Assembly: GCA_016200345.1 (NCBI GenBank)
Contig: JACQEX010000030.1
Span: forward strand, 6,242-70,241
Reading direction: 5' to 3'
DNA from: Nitrospinota bacterium
GTDB taxonomy: Bacteria > Nitrospinota_A > UBA7883 > JACRGQ01
Length of the DNA stretch: 64,000 bases
Shown here: piece by piece, positions 19,461-28,477 of the stretch
Layout of the letters: each line of letters begins with the position of its first letter
Numbering within the stretch: position 1 is the stretch's first letter
Made by a program: the position numbers and the translations under genes
Notes under the pieces: model-generated
What the model saw: the letters and a program-made list of their open reading frames with translations, nothing else
Databases searched by the model: none
What the model was told of the DNA's origin: nothing

Positions 19461-20767
19461 TAATTAGTCTTCCTGAAAACCGGCTTTATGACCGGCCCCT
19501 TGAGGTATTTCTCGAACCCGTCCTTAAGCGCGCGCTTGTAAACCTTAAGGGACTTGTCTACGGCCCGTTCCGTTGCGGCCAGCTCTTTTTCCGTGTGTCT
19601 ATATGAGAGGGCGATCCACGACATCAAAACGCCGTTGCGAATCATCTCCTGCGCAAACAGCGTGCGAAGACCGAGCGAATTAGCCCCGGCGTTGTCCAGC
19701 GTGGTGTAGAACGGGGAACATGGAACCCCCTCGACCTTAAAGCTATGCGCTATTCCGTGGCTTTCGGCCAGTCGGTTCATCATGTCCACGAGCTTTTTGC
19801 CGTATTCCCAAAGATGGTCAACCGCCTTGTGTTTTTTGAGGTAGCCGATTGAGGCGACAAATGCGCCAAGGCCGGACATCTCCGCGCCGTGGGTGGTGGA
19901 AAGCAGAAACACCCTCTCCCGCCCCTCGAACTCTATGGATCCCAACTCCATAATCTCGCGCTTGCCGGCAATGCAGGAGACCGAGAACCCGTTTGCCATC
20001 GCCTTTCCAAAAGTGCACAAATCCGGCTTCACCCCGTAATAATGCTGGGCGCCCTTCAGGTGCCAGCGAAATCCGGTTATCATCTCGTCAAGCAGGAAAA
20101 CGATTCCGTTTGCACGACAAATTTCCTGCACCTTTTGCAAAAAGCCGTCCTTTGGCTCCTCGGTGGCGGCCGGCTCCAGCACCACGCAGGCAAATTTCCC
20201 GGGATTGGCCGAAATCAGCGCCTCCAGGGAGGCGACGTCGTTGTACTTAAAAATCTTGGTCTTTTCGATCGTGTCTTTTGGGATGCCACGCGTAACGGGC
20301 GTGGAGCCGATAAACCAGTCGTCATACGAAAAAAACGGATGCTCGGCGCACCTTGCCACCAACTCCCGCCCGGTGAAGGCGCGCGCCAATTTTACGCCGG
20401 CGGATACGGAGGTGGAGCCGTTTTTTGTGAATTTCACCATGTCCACGGAGTCAATCAGATCCACCAGCAACTCGGCGGCCTGCAACTCAATCATGGAGGG
20501 CCTCGTTAGGTTGTTGCCGTATTCAATCTGCTTTATGGCGGCCGCGTTGATTTCCTTCTCGGCGTAACCGATGGTCACCGCCCGCAGGGCCATTCCGTAA
20601 TCAAGAAACTTTTTGCCGGCCGGGTCGAAAATATACGCCCCCTTGCCCCTTGCCAAAATTTGGGGGGCGTTGGTCGGGTACTGGTCGTATCCGCGGGAGT
20701 ATGTGTGCGCCCCGCCCGGTATCGCCTTAAGAAGCCTGTCCTGATAGCTGGTCTTTTTTCCCCTCAT
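19460..20767 (-). CDS. Class III PLP aminotransferase, glutamate-1-semialdehyde aminomutase-like
   Basis: FLLDEMITGFR and TFGKAMANGF (PLP-lysine) motifs. Confidence 0.75.
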   Translation of the reverse strand: MRGKKTSYQDRLLKAIPGGAHTYSRGYDQYPTNAPQILARGKGAYIFDPAGKKFLDYGMALRAVTIGYAEKEINAAAIKQIEYGNNLTRPSMIELQAAELLVDLIDSVDMVKFTKNGSTSVSAGVKLARAFTGRELVARCAEHPFFSYDDWFIGSTPVTRGIPKDTIEKTKIFKYNDVASLEALISANPGKFACVVLEPAATEEPKDGFLQKVQEICRANGIVFLLDEMITGFRWHLKGAQHYYGVKPDLCTFGKAMANGFSVSCIAGKREIMELGSIEFEGRERVFLLSTTHGAEMSGLGAFVASIGYLKKHKAVDHLWEYGKKLVDMMNRLAESHGIAHSFKVEGVPCSPFYTTLDNAGANSLGLRTLFAQEMIRNGVLMSWIALSYRHTEKELAATERAVDKSLKVYKRALKDGFEKYLKGPVIKPVFRKTN

Positions 20768-20812
20768 TGGTTTAAAACCCTTTCCTGATTATTATTCGTT
20801 CTTGCCGGATTT

Positions 20813-21547
20813 TCACTTCGGCATTCCTATATTTTTTACGCCATTGTGCCTCATAATCGCCTCGGCCGTCACCATGTCATACTCGTCGTCAACCTCCAGC
20901 GACTTCCACTTTGGCACCTCATAGCCGATTGTGCCGCCGTGATAAAACGTCTTTTTGTCGAGATACACGTCCGTTTGACAGATGTAAATGCTTCCCTCCA
21001 GAAAGAAAACGTCCTGTATGTCCTGTCTTCGCAAAACCCTCATGTCCTCGTTTTCATAGCCGACCAAAAAGTCATCGCTCTTTTTCTTCACCAAAAACGC
21101 GGGATTTTGTCCCTCGGTTTTGCAAATCCCGACTATCGCGGAAGCCTTTGGATGCTCCGACAACTGCTCGATGGAATTATAAACGTCCCGTTTGTCCCTC
21201 AATGGGGAGGTCGGCTCCAGCAGGACTATATAGTCGAACTTTTTGCCCAGCTCGTTTTTATAAAACTCCACGGCGTGCTCGATTACGGAGAACGAGGTCG
21301 AAACGTCCGTGGCAAGCTCCTTCGGCCTTAGAAACGGAACCTTGGCCCCGAATCGCTCCGCCACGTCGGCAATCTCCCGGCTGTCTGTGGTCACCATCAG
21401 TTCGTCAATGTATTCGCACCCCAAACCGGCGTTTATGCTCCAGGCTATCAACGGCTCGCCGCACAGATCCTTGATGTTTTTGCCGGGCAGTCCCTTGGAG
21501 CCGCCGCGCGCCGGAACAATGCCGAGATAACTTTTTCCTTTGAACAT
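20813..21547 (-). CDS. neuA: Acylneuraminate (nonulosonate) cytidylyltransferase, CMP-NulO synthetase
   Basis: GIVPARGGSKGLPGKN N-terminal motif. Start at the internal ATG 21547..21545, overlapping the upstream stop by 1 nt (TAATG). The 51-codon 5' extension in the track ORF was rejected. Confidence 0.8.
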   Translation of the reverse strand: MFKGKSYLGIVPARGGSKGLPGKNIKDLCGEPLIAWSINAGLGCEYIDELMVTTDSREIADVAERFGAKVPFLRPKELATDVSTSFSVIEHAVEFYKNELGKKFDYIVLLEPTSPLRDKRDVYNSIEQLSEHPKASAIVGICKTEGQNPAFLVKKKSDDFLVGYENEDMRVLRRQDIQDVFFLEGSIYICQTDVYLDKKTFYHGGTIGYEVPKWKSLEVDDEYDMVTAEAIMRHNGVKNIGMPK

Positions 21548-22617
21548 TAATTTTTCCCGGAGTTCCTCTTGCCGACCTCGATGATGGCCGACTGCAAATC
21601 GTCCCTTCTGCCGACGTCCAGCCATGGCTCGTGCATCGGATAGGCGACGATACTTTTCCCGGCGGCCTGCAAACGCCCGAACAAAACCGGCATGTCGCAA
21701 TGGGCGTCCTTGCTTAGGGCGCCCAGAACATCCGGCTCGAGAACGTAGACCCCCGCGTTTATGTGGCTACGGGCGATGGGCTTCTCCTCGAAACCGACTA
21801 TGTCCACGCCTTTTGTCTGCACCACCCCGAACGGATGTTGCCATTCGTAAACGCGCACGGCCATCGTCGCCTTGGCCTTGTGGAAGATGTGAAAATCCAA
21901 AAGTTCCCCGTAGCGAATGTCCGTGATAACGTCCCCGTTGGTCACGACAAACGGTGCGCTTGGAACGGGGTTGAGCAGGCTCAACGCGCCCGCGGTGCCC
22001 AGCGCCTCCTTTTCCCGGAGGTAGTCTATCTTCACCTTCAACCGCTCCCCGTCGCCAAAATAATCCTCTATCATCTGCCCGAGGTAATGAACGGCGAGCA
22101 CGAAACGGTTGAAACCTTCCAGTTTTGCCCGTTCGATTATGTGCTCCAGCATCGGTTTTCCGGCGATTGGCAAAAGCGGTTTCGGGCAGGACTCCGTGTG
22201 TGGCCGAAGTCTGGTTCCCTTCCCACCCGCCATTATCACCATAAGGTTGTCCCGCCCCGCCGGTTTTGCGATTTCGTCCCAAAGATGCAGGCCGACGACG
22301 TGGTGGTTCTCGTCCACCACCGGTATCTGTTGCAGTTTATTCGCCAGCATCATCTGCCTGATGGTGTCGCGCCCAACTCCGGGCGGCACCAACATGGCGT
22401 CGCGCTGGATTACGCTGTCTATTGAACTGCTGAGGTCCAGCCCGCGCAGAAGTCCGCGGCGAATGTCTCCGTCCGAAATCGTCCCCTCCAACGCGCCGCT
22501 ATCGTTGACGACCATGACGATTTTAATGGCCACTTTGTCAAGGTTGCTAATCGCCTGTTGTATTGTGGAATGAATTGGCAGGATGGCCTGCCGCCAGCGC
22601 TCTTCAGCCAAAGTCAT
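21547..22617 (-). CDS. CBS-domain-pair sugar-phosphate nucleotidyltransferase (PtmE-like)
   Basis: Two CBS domains (N-terminal 120 aa) followed by IMAGGKGTRLRP and the NTP-transferase fold. In Campylobacter the PtmE protein has this architecture and makes GDP-GlcN in the legionaminic acid pathway. Confidence 0.7.
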   Translation of the reverse strand: MTLAEERWRQAILPIHSTIQQAISNLDKVAIKIVMVVNDSGALEGTISDGDIRRGLLRGLDLSSSIDSVIQRDAMLVPPGVGRDTIRQMMLANKLQQIPVVDENHHVVGLHLWDEIAKPAGRDNLMVIMAGGKGTRLRPHTESCPKPLLPIAGKPMLEHIIERAKLEGFNRFVLAVHYLGQMIEDYFGDGERLKVKIDYLREKEALGTAGALSLLNPVPSAPFVVTNGDVITDIRYGELLDFHIFHKAKATMAVRVYEWQHPFGVVQTKGVDIVGFEEKPIARSHINAGVYVLEPDVLGALSKDAHCDMPVLFGRLQAAGKSIVAYPMHEPWLDVGRRDDLQSAIIEVGKRNSGKN

Positions 22618-22664
22618 TCGCGCCTCCCTATTCTTGTGCCGTTCATAAAATCAAACCACCCTTG

Positions 22665-23816
22665 TTAAATGTCAAAAAATTTCTTCTTCAAGACGTCGCG
22701 CAACGGGAACGAGGCCAGGACTTTAACTATTTTTTTGCTCGCCCCCGGCCCGCCGTACGGGTTGACGACCTTCCTCAAAACTTTTGAGAACCCCGGCGAA
22801 TATAATTTTTCAAACGCCGCTGTGATTGACGCCTCGGACGGGTCGCAGTCAATCACGCTGTCGGCCCTCACCCTCCCCTTTTGCCTGTCGCCTATGTTGA
22901 TGGCGCCGATTTTAACGGAAGGCGCCTCGGTGAGGCCGCTCGAGCTGTTGCCCACGACGGCATCCACGTATCTTAGGGCGCTTAGGTATCGCAACTGGCC
23001 TAGAGAGTCGTGGGCGCACGCCTTGTCGCCGTTGCGCGCCACATAATCGTCAATCATCCGGTTGATAACCCTGCCTTCCATGTCGGCGTTGGCCTTGGTG
23101 AATATAATTTTTGTCTCTTTTAACCGGTCAATAACGTTCAATAGGGATTGAAACTGCGCCTTCGCGGACTGTTTTTCCAACGTCACGGGATGGAACGTAA
23201 CCAAAATATTTTTGGGCCCCAGCCTAAGGCCGACGGCGCGCTCAAATTTTTCCTTGGACAAAATTGGAAGTTTTTGGATGTTGTCGAGGCCCGGCGTCCC
23301 CGTTTTAAACACTCTTCGAGGATCCTCGCCAAGCTGAACAACGCGGTTTTTGTACTCCTCCGTCGCGACAAAATGCAAATGGCTCATCTTTGTTACGGAG
23401 TGCCGAATCGCCTCGTCAAACGCCCCCTCCGTGGATTCCCCGCCGTGGATGTGGGCGATCGGAATTCTTGCGACCATCGCAGCGCTTGCGGCGCTGAAAA
23501 TTTCGAATCGGTCGCCCAACACGACCACGATGTCCGGCCTTAGCTCCTCGAAGGCCTCCGCGAAGGATATTTGCGCGAGTCCCATCGCCTTTGAAATTCC
23601 AATCTGGGAGTCCGACGACAAAAGCATCTCAATTTTTTTATCAATGTCGAAATCTTTCTCGACCTCCCTATAAGTCAGCCCAAACTCCGGCGAGAGGTGC
23701 ATCCCCGTCGCAATAATCTGAAGTTTCAGCCCGCGAGTTTTTTCAATTTCTTTCATCACCCAAAAAAGATGCCCGTACTCGGCCCGGGTTCCGGTGACAA
23801 CGCAAATCTTTCTCAA
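22665..23816 (-). CDS. neuC: UDP/GDP-N-acetylglucosamine 2-epimerase (hydrolysing), NeuC/LegG family
   Basis: KICVVTGTRAEYG...HIHGGE...HPVT motifs of hydrolysing 2-epimerases. Confidence 0.85.
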   Translation of the reverse strand: MRKICVVTGTRAEYGHLFWVMKEIEKTRGLKLQIIATGMHLSPEFGLTYREVEKDFDIDKKIEMLLSSDSQIGISKAMGLAQISFAEAFEELRPDIVVVLGDRFEIFSAASAAMVARIPIAHIHGGESTEGAFDEAIRHSVTKMSHLHFVATEEYKNRVVQLGEDPRRVFKTGTPGLDNIQKLPILSKEKFERAVGLRLGPKNILVTFHPVTLEKQSAKAQFQSLLNVIDRLKETKIIFTKANADMEGRVINRMIDDYVARNGDKACAHDSLGQLRYLSALRYVDAVVGNSSSGLTEAPSVKIGAINIGDRQKGRVRADSVIDCDPSEASITAAFEKLYSPGFSKVLRKVVNPYGGPGASKKIVKVLASFPLRDVLKKKFFDI

Positions 23817-24808
23817 ATTAGCTCGTCCGTATTATAGTCTTTTTTGGCGACCTGTCCCAAAATCTCGTTCCACCTCATGGGGTTTATCCCCCCGCCGGGA
23901 CGCTTCACGGTTATATTTTCCGTCGTAAACGTTTCGCCGGCCTTTACGCCCCTTGCCGCGACTATGCTTTTGCGCGCAATGGAAATATTTTTAATCTCGC
24001 TCGGGGCGGGCTTTTTTATTCCGTCTCCCACGGCCTTTTCCACGTTTCTAATCGCCCTCACCATTTCCTTTAGTTCGTCCGGCTCCAAACTTGCCTTGTG
24101 GTCCGGCCCTTCCATTTTCCTGTCGAGCGTGAAGTGTTTTTCAATCACGCTTGCTCCCATAGCAACGGCGGCTATGGCCGCGTCTATGCCCAGCGTGTGG
24201 TCCGAGTAACCAACCCTCACGCCGAAGGCGTCTTTAATGGTCTGCATGGCGCGGAGATTGACGTCCTCCATCGGGCATGGATATTCGGTGGTGGCGTGCA
24301 AAACGGTTATTTTTTCCAGCGGAGTGCCCGCCTTTGTGAGCACCTCCAAAGCGTCCTTGATTTCCCCGAGATCCGCCATTCCGGTCGAAATTATCACCTC
24401 TTTGCGCAACGCGCCGATTTTCCGCAGATACGGAAGATTGGTAATTTCGCCGCTTGGTATCTTAAAAATATTCAGTCCCATTCCGCTCAACAAATCCACG
24501 CTGTCCAGATCGAACGGCGTCGAGAGAAACATAATCCCTTTCTTGGAACAGACGTCCATCAGCGTTCGGTGGGCCGCCTCGTTAAGCTCTAGTCTTTTTA
24601 TCATTTCGTACTGCGATTCGGCCGAGTCGGTGGTCTTTTTTTGGTACTCCGCCTTCTGCGCCCCCTTGCCGACGACCTTGTCCGCCTTGAAAGTCTGGAA
24701 CTTCACCGCGTCGGCCCCGGCTGAGACGGCAACGTCAACCAGCTTTTCGGCCAGCGCGATATCCCCGTTATGGTTTACGCCGGCCTCCGCGATTATAAAA
24801 ACACCCAC
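23813..24808 (-). CDS. neuB: N-acetylneuraminate (nonulosonate) synthase, NeuB family
   Basis: IIAEAGVNHNGD...KFQTF...GYSDHT motifs plus a C-terminal SAF domain. Overlaps neuC by 4 nt. Confidence 0.85.
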   Translation of the reverse strand: MGVFIIAEAGVNHNGDIALAEKLVDVAVSAGADAVKFQTFKADKVVGKGAQKAEYQKKTTDSAESQYEMIKRLELNEAAHRTLMDVCSKKGIMFLSTPFDLDSVDLLSGMGLNIFKIPSGEITNLPYLRKIGALRKEVIISTGMADLGEIKDALEVLTKAGTPLEKITVLHATTEYPCPMEDVNLRAMQTIKDAFGVRVGYSDHTLGIDAAIAAVAMGASVIEKHFTLDRKMEGPDHKASLEPDELKEMVRAIRNVEKAVGDGIKKPAPSEIKNISIARKSIVAARGVKAGETFTTENITVKRPGGGINPMRWNEILGQVAKKDYNTDELI

Positions 24809-24816
24809 GATGAAAC

Positions 24817-25572
24817 CTATTTCCTCTTAAAGCAAACGAGCCTTTGCGGCCCGATTCCGGAGCCCTGCAACACGTCGTCCGATTCCGCGAGGAGCCGCAT
24901 TTTCTCGTCGAAATCAAAGGCGTTTTCGCCCATCACAAACGGGGCTACGCATCGCGTTAAATAGAAGTAGGTCGAGAAATCCCTGGTCTCGACCACGGAA
25001 AAATCCCCGCTCATCAGCCCGAGCACCTTGTCGAAGTCCATATACGTGTTGTGATACGGCTCCACAAGCGGCGGCAGGCCGGCCTTGACCCTGTGCGAGT
25101 TCACATTTTCCAGCCCGCTCCGGTAGCATTCCAAGAGGCAAAAAATACCGCCCGGCTCGATCGCCCCGGCGATTTTTTTCAGGCACTTCGACTGAATCGC
25201 CCAGTCGCCCAGGTTGATGACAAATCTTTTGGTCACCACCGCGTCATAAGTCCCGAAAACGTCGCCCGAAATCAAATCAAGTTTCTGGAATTTTAATGTG
25301 TCGCCTTGAAGTTTGGACGCCCTAGACAACATTTCGCTCGAATAATCAAACCCTACGGTTTTTTTTGCTAACTTTGAGTATTGTTGCGTGTCGAATCCGT
25401 CGCCGCACCCAAAATCGGCCAGGCTGGACCACTCCCGTCCGGCGGCGTGTTTTTTAAGGGCGGAGGTTATCGAATTAATCTCGATGCTTCGAAGGTTTGC
25501 GTCCTTTAAGGAGACAACCTGCGGATTCTCCCAATGCTCCTTAGTGACCTCTAATTTTTTTGAAGTGTCCAT
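24817..25572 (-). CDS. Class I SAM-dependent methyltransferase
   Basis: LADFGCGDG motif I. Start taken at the internal ATG (MDTSKK), which gives minimal overlap with the upstream DegT gene. Confidence 0.7.
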   Translation of the reverse strand: MDTSKKLEVTKEHWENPQVVSLKDANLRSIEINSITSALKKHAAGREWSSLADFGCGDGFDTQQYSKLAKKTVGFDYSSEMLSRASKLQGDTLKFQKLDLISGDVFGTYDAVVTKRFVINLGDWAIQSKCLKKIAGAIEPGGIFCLLECYRSGLENVNSHRVKAGLPPLVEPYHNTYMDFDKVLGLMSGDFSVVETRDFSTYFYLTRCVAPFVMGENAFDFDEKMRLLAESDDVLQGSGIGPQRLVCFKRK

Positions 25573-25594
25573 TTCCCCTCTATAATTTGACGTG

Positions 25595-26752
25595 TTACCA
25601 GGAAACAATCGCGCTACTTGGAATGTTTACGACCCTATCCTCAAGCCATTTTGCGTCCGACAAATCGGTCGTCTGGCAATCTTTAAACATCGCAAGCTCG
25701 TTCATCAGCCGCCACGCCGGGCGCGTCATTACGCCCGCGTTGTTTGTCTCCCTCAAAAACTGGTCCCGCGCCCCCCTGTCCTTTAAGACGACGGCGTTCA
25801 GCCAAAAATTCGAGGCGGAGTTCGGCGGTTCCTTGACGAAGGCCATGGATGACCCGGCGAAAAACTCCTCGTATTTGCGGGCGATTTTTCTTTTGCTCTC
25901 CAAAAAGCGCGGAAGATTTTCCAACTGCGCGCATCCAAGCGCGGCGTTTATGTTTGGCAGGCGATAGTTATATCCAATTTCATCGTGGACAAACTCGTAC
26001 TGGTGCGGAACCTTCGCCGTCGTCGTTATGTGCTTGGCCCGTTTAGACAGCGCCTCGTCGTCGGTTAACACCATCCCCCCGCCGCCGGTCGTGATAGTTT
26101 TGTTTCCGTTAAAGCTCAGGACGCCCATTCTGCCAAACGTCCCGGTGTGTCTTCCCTTAAAAAAACTTCCAAGGCTTTCCGCGGCATCCTCCACCAGCGG
26201 GACGCCGAACTCGTCGCAGATTTTTGCTATTTCGTCAATCCTACACGGATGGCCGAAGGTGTGCATCGGAACCGCCGCGCCGATTTTTCGCCCCGTCGCC
26301 TTGTTAAAACAACCGCCATTTTTTCTCGAAGTCTCCTTGGATAAAAAATCTTTCAGACTTTTCGGGCTCATCCCGAGGGTGTCTCTTTCAACGTCAACGA
26401 AGACCGGCCTCGCGCCGCAATAACTTATTGCGTTGCAGGTCGCCACGAACGACAGCGGCTGGGTCAGCACCTCGTCGTCGTTTTTAACGCCGGCCAGCCT
26501 AAGCGCGACGTGCAGGGCCGCCGTGCCGTTTACGGTGGCCACGGCGTATTTGGCCCCGGTGTACTCCGACATCATCTTCTCAAAACGATCCACGTACTTG
26601 CCAACGCTTGAAACAAACGTGGTGTCTATGCAGTCCGCGACATACGCCTTCTCGTTGCCCACGAATTTTGGCTCGTGCAACGAAATAAACTCCGTCGTGC
26701 CGTAAACGGCTCGGACGAAGTCCACCGCGTCCTTGTACGATTTTTCAATCAC
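25595..26752 (-). CDS. DegT/DnrJ/EryC1/StrS-family sugar aminotransferase (LegC/PseC-like)
   Basis: GTAALHVAL...DEV...SFNGNK (PLP-lysine)...GGGG pattern of the family. Confidence 0.85.
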   Translation of the reverse strand: MIEKSYKDAVDFVRAVYGTTEFISLHEPKFVGNEKAYVADCIDTTFVSSVGKYVDRFEKMMSEYTGAKYAVATVNGTAALHVALRLAGVKNDDEVLTQPLSFVATCNAISYCGARPVFVDVERDTLGMSPKSLKDFLSKETSRKNGGCFNKATGRKIGAAVPMHTFGHPCRIDEIAKICDEFGVPLVEDAAESLGSFFKGRHTGTFGRMGVLSFNGNKTITTGGGGMVLTDDEALSKRAKHITTTAKVPHQYEFVHDEIGYNYRLPNINAALGCAQLENLPRFLESKRKIARKYEEFFAGSSMAFVKEPPNSASNFWLNAVVLKDRGARDQFLRETNNAGVMTRPAWRLMNELAMFKDCQTTDLSDAKWLEDRVVNIPSSAIVSW

Positions 26753-26865
26753 CGTGTTTTTCCATATTCATTTTTTTTGAAGGGCGGGTACCGCCAGCGC
26801 CAGCCGCGTCCGCGCGACCACCGGTAAAATCACCGGTGGTTCCGCGACGGAGGGGCGCGAAAGTC

Positions 26866-27567
26866 TTAAGGTTTTCTGATGAAGGCCGGAACGTGACAGG
26901 ATGTCTTCTCAATCCTTAATTTTTTCCCCTTAACAAAGTCATCAATCGCCTGGGTGCCGCCCGCTATGTAGTTGTAGTCGTCCAATACTATGACGCCGTT
27001 TGGAACCACCCTGTCGTACAGCATCTCAAGCGCGAAGGCGGTAGGCTCCTTCACGTCCATGTCCAGATGAAGATAGGCTATTTTAGTCTCCGGATTTTTT
27101 GCCAAGTACGAGGGAAGGGTCTCGAACACGTTCCCCTTGACCAGAAAAATATTCTTGAAATCTTTCTTGGCGAGGATTGACTTCAGTTCGTCCAGCGAGA
27201 GCCCGTCTCCGCTGTCTTTTGCGAAGTAATCAATAAAATCCAGGTCTTTTTTCAATTTTATGTTTTTATCGGGAAATTTGCCGAAGGTGTCGAAACCGAC
27301 AATCTTGCGCGAATAGTCGTTCTCCAAATAATTTCTAAAACCCGCGAGGCGAAGCAACGACGTGCCCTTAAAAACCCCCAGCTCCAAAACATGCCCCGGA
27401 AGCCCGACTATGCTTTTATACAGCTCGTAGTGGGCGAGCATCTTGTTTAGCCTTGTTTGGTGCGCAAACCAGGAAAACCCGTTTTCAAAATCCCAAAATT
27501 TGTTGCTTGAGAGCCCCCGGACGGTCAAATTTTTTCCCAATAACGTGCTAGAGCTAACCTTTTTCAT
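26866..27567 (-). CDS. TylF/MycF-family SAM-dependent O-methyltransferase
   Basis: GVFKGTS...KGNVFETLP...LHLDMD motifs typical of the macrocin O-methyltransferase family. Confidence 0.7.
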   Translation of the reverse strand: MKKVSSSTLLGKNLTVRGLSSNKFWDFENGFSWFAHQTRLNKMLAHYELYKSIVGLPGHVLELGVFKGTSLLRLAGFRNYLENDYSRKIVGFDTFGKFPDKNIKLKKDLDFIDYFAKDSGDGLSLDELKSILAKKDFKNIFLVKGNVFETLPSYLAKNPETKIAYLHLDMDVKEPTAFALEMLYDRVVPNGVIVLDDYNYIAGGTQAIDDFVKGKKLRIEKTSCHVPAFIRKP

Positions 27568-27635
27568 TCTAATCCCTTATTTTTTTGAGCCAAAAACGAG
27601 TATCTTCCCCACCGCCGGTTTTAGCAACCTGACTT

Positions 27636-28445
27636 TTACCATGCGGACAATCCGCCGTCAACCATCAACACCTGCCCGGTGATGTAAGACGCCGCGTCTG
27701 TGCAAAGAAACAGTATCGGCGCCGCAATTTGGTCCGGGCTGGCCATTTTGTTTAACGGAACCAGCTTATTATACTTTTCCACAAACACAGGGTTTTGGTT
27801 GTCGAACACTCCGCCCGGACACACCGCGTTTACCCTGATGTTATGTTTGGCGTAATAGGTTGCGAGGTACCTTGAAAAATTAACTATCCCCCCCTTTATA
27901 AGCGAATAGGGGGCGGTCATGGTCATTGCGGTGCCCTCGTAAACCGAGAAATTAGGCCCCAAAACGCCGTAATGCGAGCCGATGTTAATCAGCACCCCGC
28001 TTTGCCTTTTTTTCATCTCCTCCAATGCCTTCTGGCAACATAAGAAATAACCGTTCATATGCATGTCCACGTTTTTTCTCATGTAGTCCATGTCTATGTC
28101 CTCGAACTTTTTGCCCCAGTCCTTCGTCCTTGGGTAGGCGTTGTTTATCCAGACGTCTATTTTCCCGAATTTTTTGACGATTTCAGCGACTGCGTTTGAA
28201 ACCGATTCGTCCGAGGTGATGTCTATTTCCGCAAGCTCCGCCTTGAATCCGGCCCCGGTTATTTTGTCCTTCAGCGCCGTTCCCCTGGCCTTGTCGTTTT
28301 CCGCGATGACCACGGTCGCGCCAGCCTCCGAAAGTGCGCGGCAAATCTCCGATCCGATGAGCCCCGCCCCGCCCGTTACGACGGCGACTTTGTCATGGAG
28401 GCTAAATTTTTCCGGAAAAATCATGTTTCTGTTCTCCTTATTCAT
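27636..28445 (-). CDS. SDR-family oxidoreductase
   Basis: VAVVTGGAGLIG cofactor motif, NNA, YSLIK (YxxxK). The start may be the internal M8 (MIFPEKF). Confidence 0.75.
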   Translation of the reverse strand: MNKENRNMIFPEKFSLHDKVAVVTGGAGLIGSEICRALSEAGATVVIAENDKARGTALKDKITGAGFKAELAEIDITSDESVSNAVAEIVKKFGKIDVWINNAYPRTKDWGKKFEDIDMDYMRKNVDMHMNGYFLCCQKALEEMKKRQSGVLINIGSHYGVLGPNFSVYEGTAMTMTAPYSLIKGGIVNFSRYLATYYAKHNIRVNAVCPGGVFDNQNPVFVEKYNKLVPLNKMASPDQIAAPILFLCTDAASYITGQVLMVDGGLSAW

Positions 28446-28477
28446 GCCGAGAATCCACCCGGTCGGTTGCCGTTAGA

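Noticed and set aside
19889-20509. Long + strand ORFs inside minus-strand genes, for example 19889..20509, 22109..22573, 54497..55288, 55322..55915 and 61093..61755
   Set aside because: They lie entirely inside well-supported genes on the opposite strand and translate to low-complexity Arg/Pro/Ala-rich sequence. These are shadow ORFs.
21548-21700. 51-codon N-terminal extension of the NeuA ORF
   Set aside because: The extension overlaps the upstream CBS-nucleotidyltransferase gene. The conserved NeuA N-terminus begins at MFKGKSYLGIVPARGGSKG with a TAATG stop-start overlap.
26795-26830. GC-rich 9-bp hairpin ACCACCGGT-aaaatc-ACCGGTGGT between the DegT and TylF-like genes
   Set aside because: There is no U-tract on either strand, and it sits inside a tightly coupled operon. 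It is unlikely to be an intrinsic terminator.
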